A stretch of DNA of 64,000 bases. Origin: a virus (Duplodnaviria > Caudoviricetes). Shown here piece after piece: positions 62,807 to 64,000 of the stretch; the first letter of the stretch is position 1, and every line of letters begins with the position of its first letter. The notes beneath the pieces were generated by a model. It saw only the letters and a list, made by a program, of their open reading frames with translations. It was not told where the DNA came from and made no database searches. The position numbers and the translations under genes are program-made. Location of the stretch: IMG/VR virus record IMGVR_UViG_3300036982_000927, positions 1 through 64,000 of that record, one strand, 5' to 3'.

Positions 62807-63181
62807 CTACCTGGCCACACAAAGTAGCGGCAAATAATGCCGAGTATTCAAGTGAGGCAAATCGCGATTAGTAAGCAATCCTGTTGGTAGAAAGAAAAGC
62901 ATCCACTGTTTCTCTTTCAAATTCAACTCTGCAAGCGGATACTCTCCGAGCACACGTATTCCCACTCGTGCGCCACGAAACAGAACGCGTTTAATCCAAG
63001 CAGTCTTCTTTGGATTCCCAGTGCTTCGAGGATGATCTGCTTCTGCTAAATGCCCTGCCAAACGAGTTGCCGGAAGTCCCTTGGTTTGCCCAACATAGTA
63101 AACCGCTTCGGGGGCGTCCGAGGAAACGAGCGCATAAACGGTCCCAGTAGTTGGAGCGTCAAAATAGATGATCGGTCCCAT
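62807..63181 (-). mobile_element. GIY-YIG endonuclease
   Basis: VYALV...YYVGQT...RLAGH...E.QW...L.N. Confidence 0.8.
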
Positions 63182-63190
63182 AAACAATCG

Positions 63191-63862
63191 TCAGTGGTCA
63201 TCGTCATTGTTTGGGTCTTCTGCCTCCACTGTATCCTTTGCGACCTTCGCTGTCAACTCCTGGCCGTGGGCGATCTGGGCATCAAACAAAAGCGACCGAG
63301 GAGACTTTGAAGCACCTACCTTTGCCATTGCTTCCGCGATCTTCGCGTGCATATCACACACTGCCACCGAACTCCCATCAATTTCCTTGCGCCTCACGCG
63401 CTCTTGTCCGGAATCGCCAAGGGCCGCATATAGCATGCTGTGGCACTTCTCCATAGCTGAAGCTAAATCAGCAATCGAGCGCGTGCTCGTGCGAACGAGG
63501 ACGGGCGCGCCTTCCTTGTTCTTGTAGGCGCCGGTCGTGGTGAGTTGATCCCTAAACTCCTGCTCACTTAAATCAGTGAACACCCTTATAGCCCGTTCGA
63601 CAACGAGCCGCATCCTATGACATTGCACGTAGCAAATGGCGCGATTGATTCCGCGCTCCAAGTCACCGGGTTTGCCGCTGTTCTTGAGTTCGATGATCCC
63701 TTTCAATTTCTCAGTCCAGCCCTCATCCTCCACGACGCGCAGCACGGCGACGGGCGAAACGTTGAGGGCGTGGGCCGTCTTCACGACGTCACCGCAAAAC
63801 GTCGCATAGAGAAGGAAGGCGTTTTCCCGATCTATCGGGGGGCTATTGGGTAGGAGTTCCAT
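63191..63862 (-). CDS. Putative terminase small subunit
   Basis: N-terminal HTH (TAHALNVSPVAVLR...EGW), helical oligomerisation segment, acidic tail; first gene of the late arm. Confidence 0.55.
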   Translation of the reverse strand: MELLPNSPPIDRENAFLLYATFCGDVVKTAHALNVSPVAVLRVVEDEGWTEKLKGIIELKNSGKPGDLERGINRAICYVQCHRMRLVVERAIRVFTDLSEQEFRDQLTTTGAYKNKEGAPVLVRTSTRSIADLASAMEKCHSMLYAALGDSGQERVRRKEIDGSSVAVCDMHAKIAEAMAKVGASKSPRSLLFDAQIAHGQELTAKVAKDTVEAEDPNNDDDH

Positions 63863-64000
63863 GAATTTTCCAGTAGGCAATCCGGTTCTTGGTCCGAAGC
63901 TCACGGCGCGCCTGCGCTTGCAGGGCCTTGACCTTGGGCGGCGCACTCCTGAAAAGGATGGCGTCAACCGCTTTCGAGGGAGCCGGGGTTTTAATGTAGT

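Noticed and set aside
1-64000. Stop-codon reassignment
   Set aside because: Standard code 11 gives dense, full-length genes, and all three stop codons terminate genes
1-64000. Known DNA hypermodification pathways (purZ, 7-deazaguanine, thymidylate-synthase-like) or a DNA methyltransferase
   Set aside because: No corresponding motifs were recognised in any ORF
63900-64000. Terminal repeat or circular overlap with the window start
   Set aside because: No shared sequence seen between the two ends; the divergent gene orientation is only suggestive of near-completeness

Overview
A nearly complete ~64 kb tailed-phage genome, GC-rich and podovirus-like (portal, scaffold, capsid, tail tube/nozzle and ejection proteins; no tape measure). 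The host is probably diderm, and most genes lack a Shine-Dalgarno sequence. The + strand arm (130-17786) carries a replication module (SF2 helicase, PD-(D/E)XK nuclease, SSB-like protein, family A DNA polymerase, primase-helicase, sigma factor, RuvC-like resolvase, metallophosphoesterase). It also carries a GDP-fucose synthase, an Rmf-like protein, an operon of five tRNA-sized structured RNAs, and small genes behind repeated leaderless promoters. The - strand arm (63862-17793) carries a putative TerS, an 8.4 kb accessory block (GIY-YIG, DUF5672-like protein, RNA ligase, trypsin-like protease, appendage proteins, serine resolvase, tRNA-CAT, glycosyltransferase), TerL, portal, scaffold, two more glycosyltransferases, major capsid, holin, a candidate unimolecular spanin, collagen-like fibres, tail and ejection proteins interrupted by three homing endonucleases, and a 3.4-kaa polyvalent protein. 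Three observations stand out. (1) Every module of the giant protein (ParB-like, cobalamin radical SAM, GNAT, two LPDG-H modules, HhH-like) is bracketed by a recurring Q-[F/A/G]-Q linker, and the protein carries its own HExxH peptidase motif, suggesting a self-processed injected polyprotein. (2) A promoter-driven array of non-canonical tRNA-like RNAs. (3) A candidate virion glycosylation pathway. All family assignments come from motif recognition by eye; no database search was run. Where starts differ from the ORF track they were moved to the more plausible codon.
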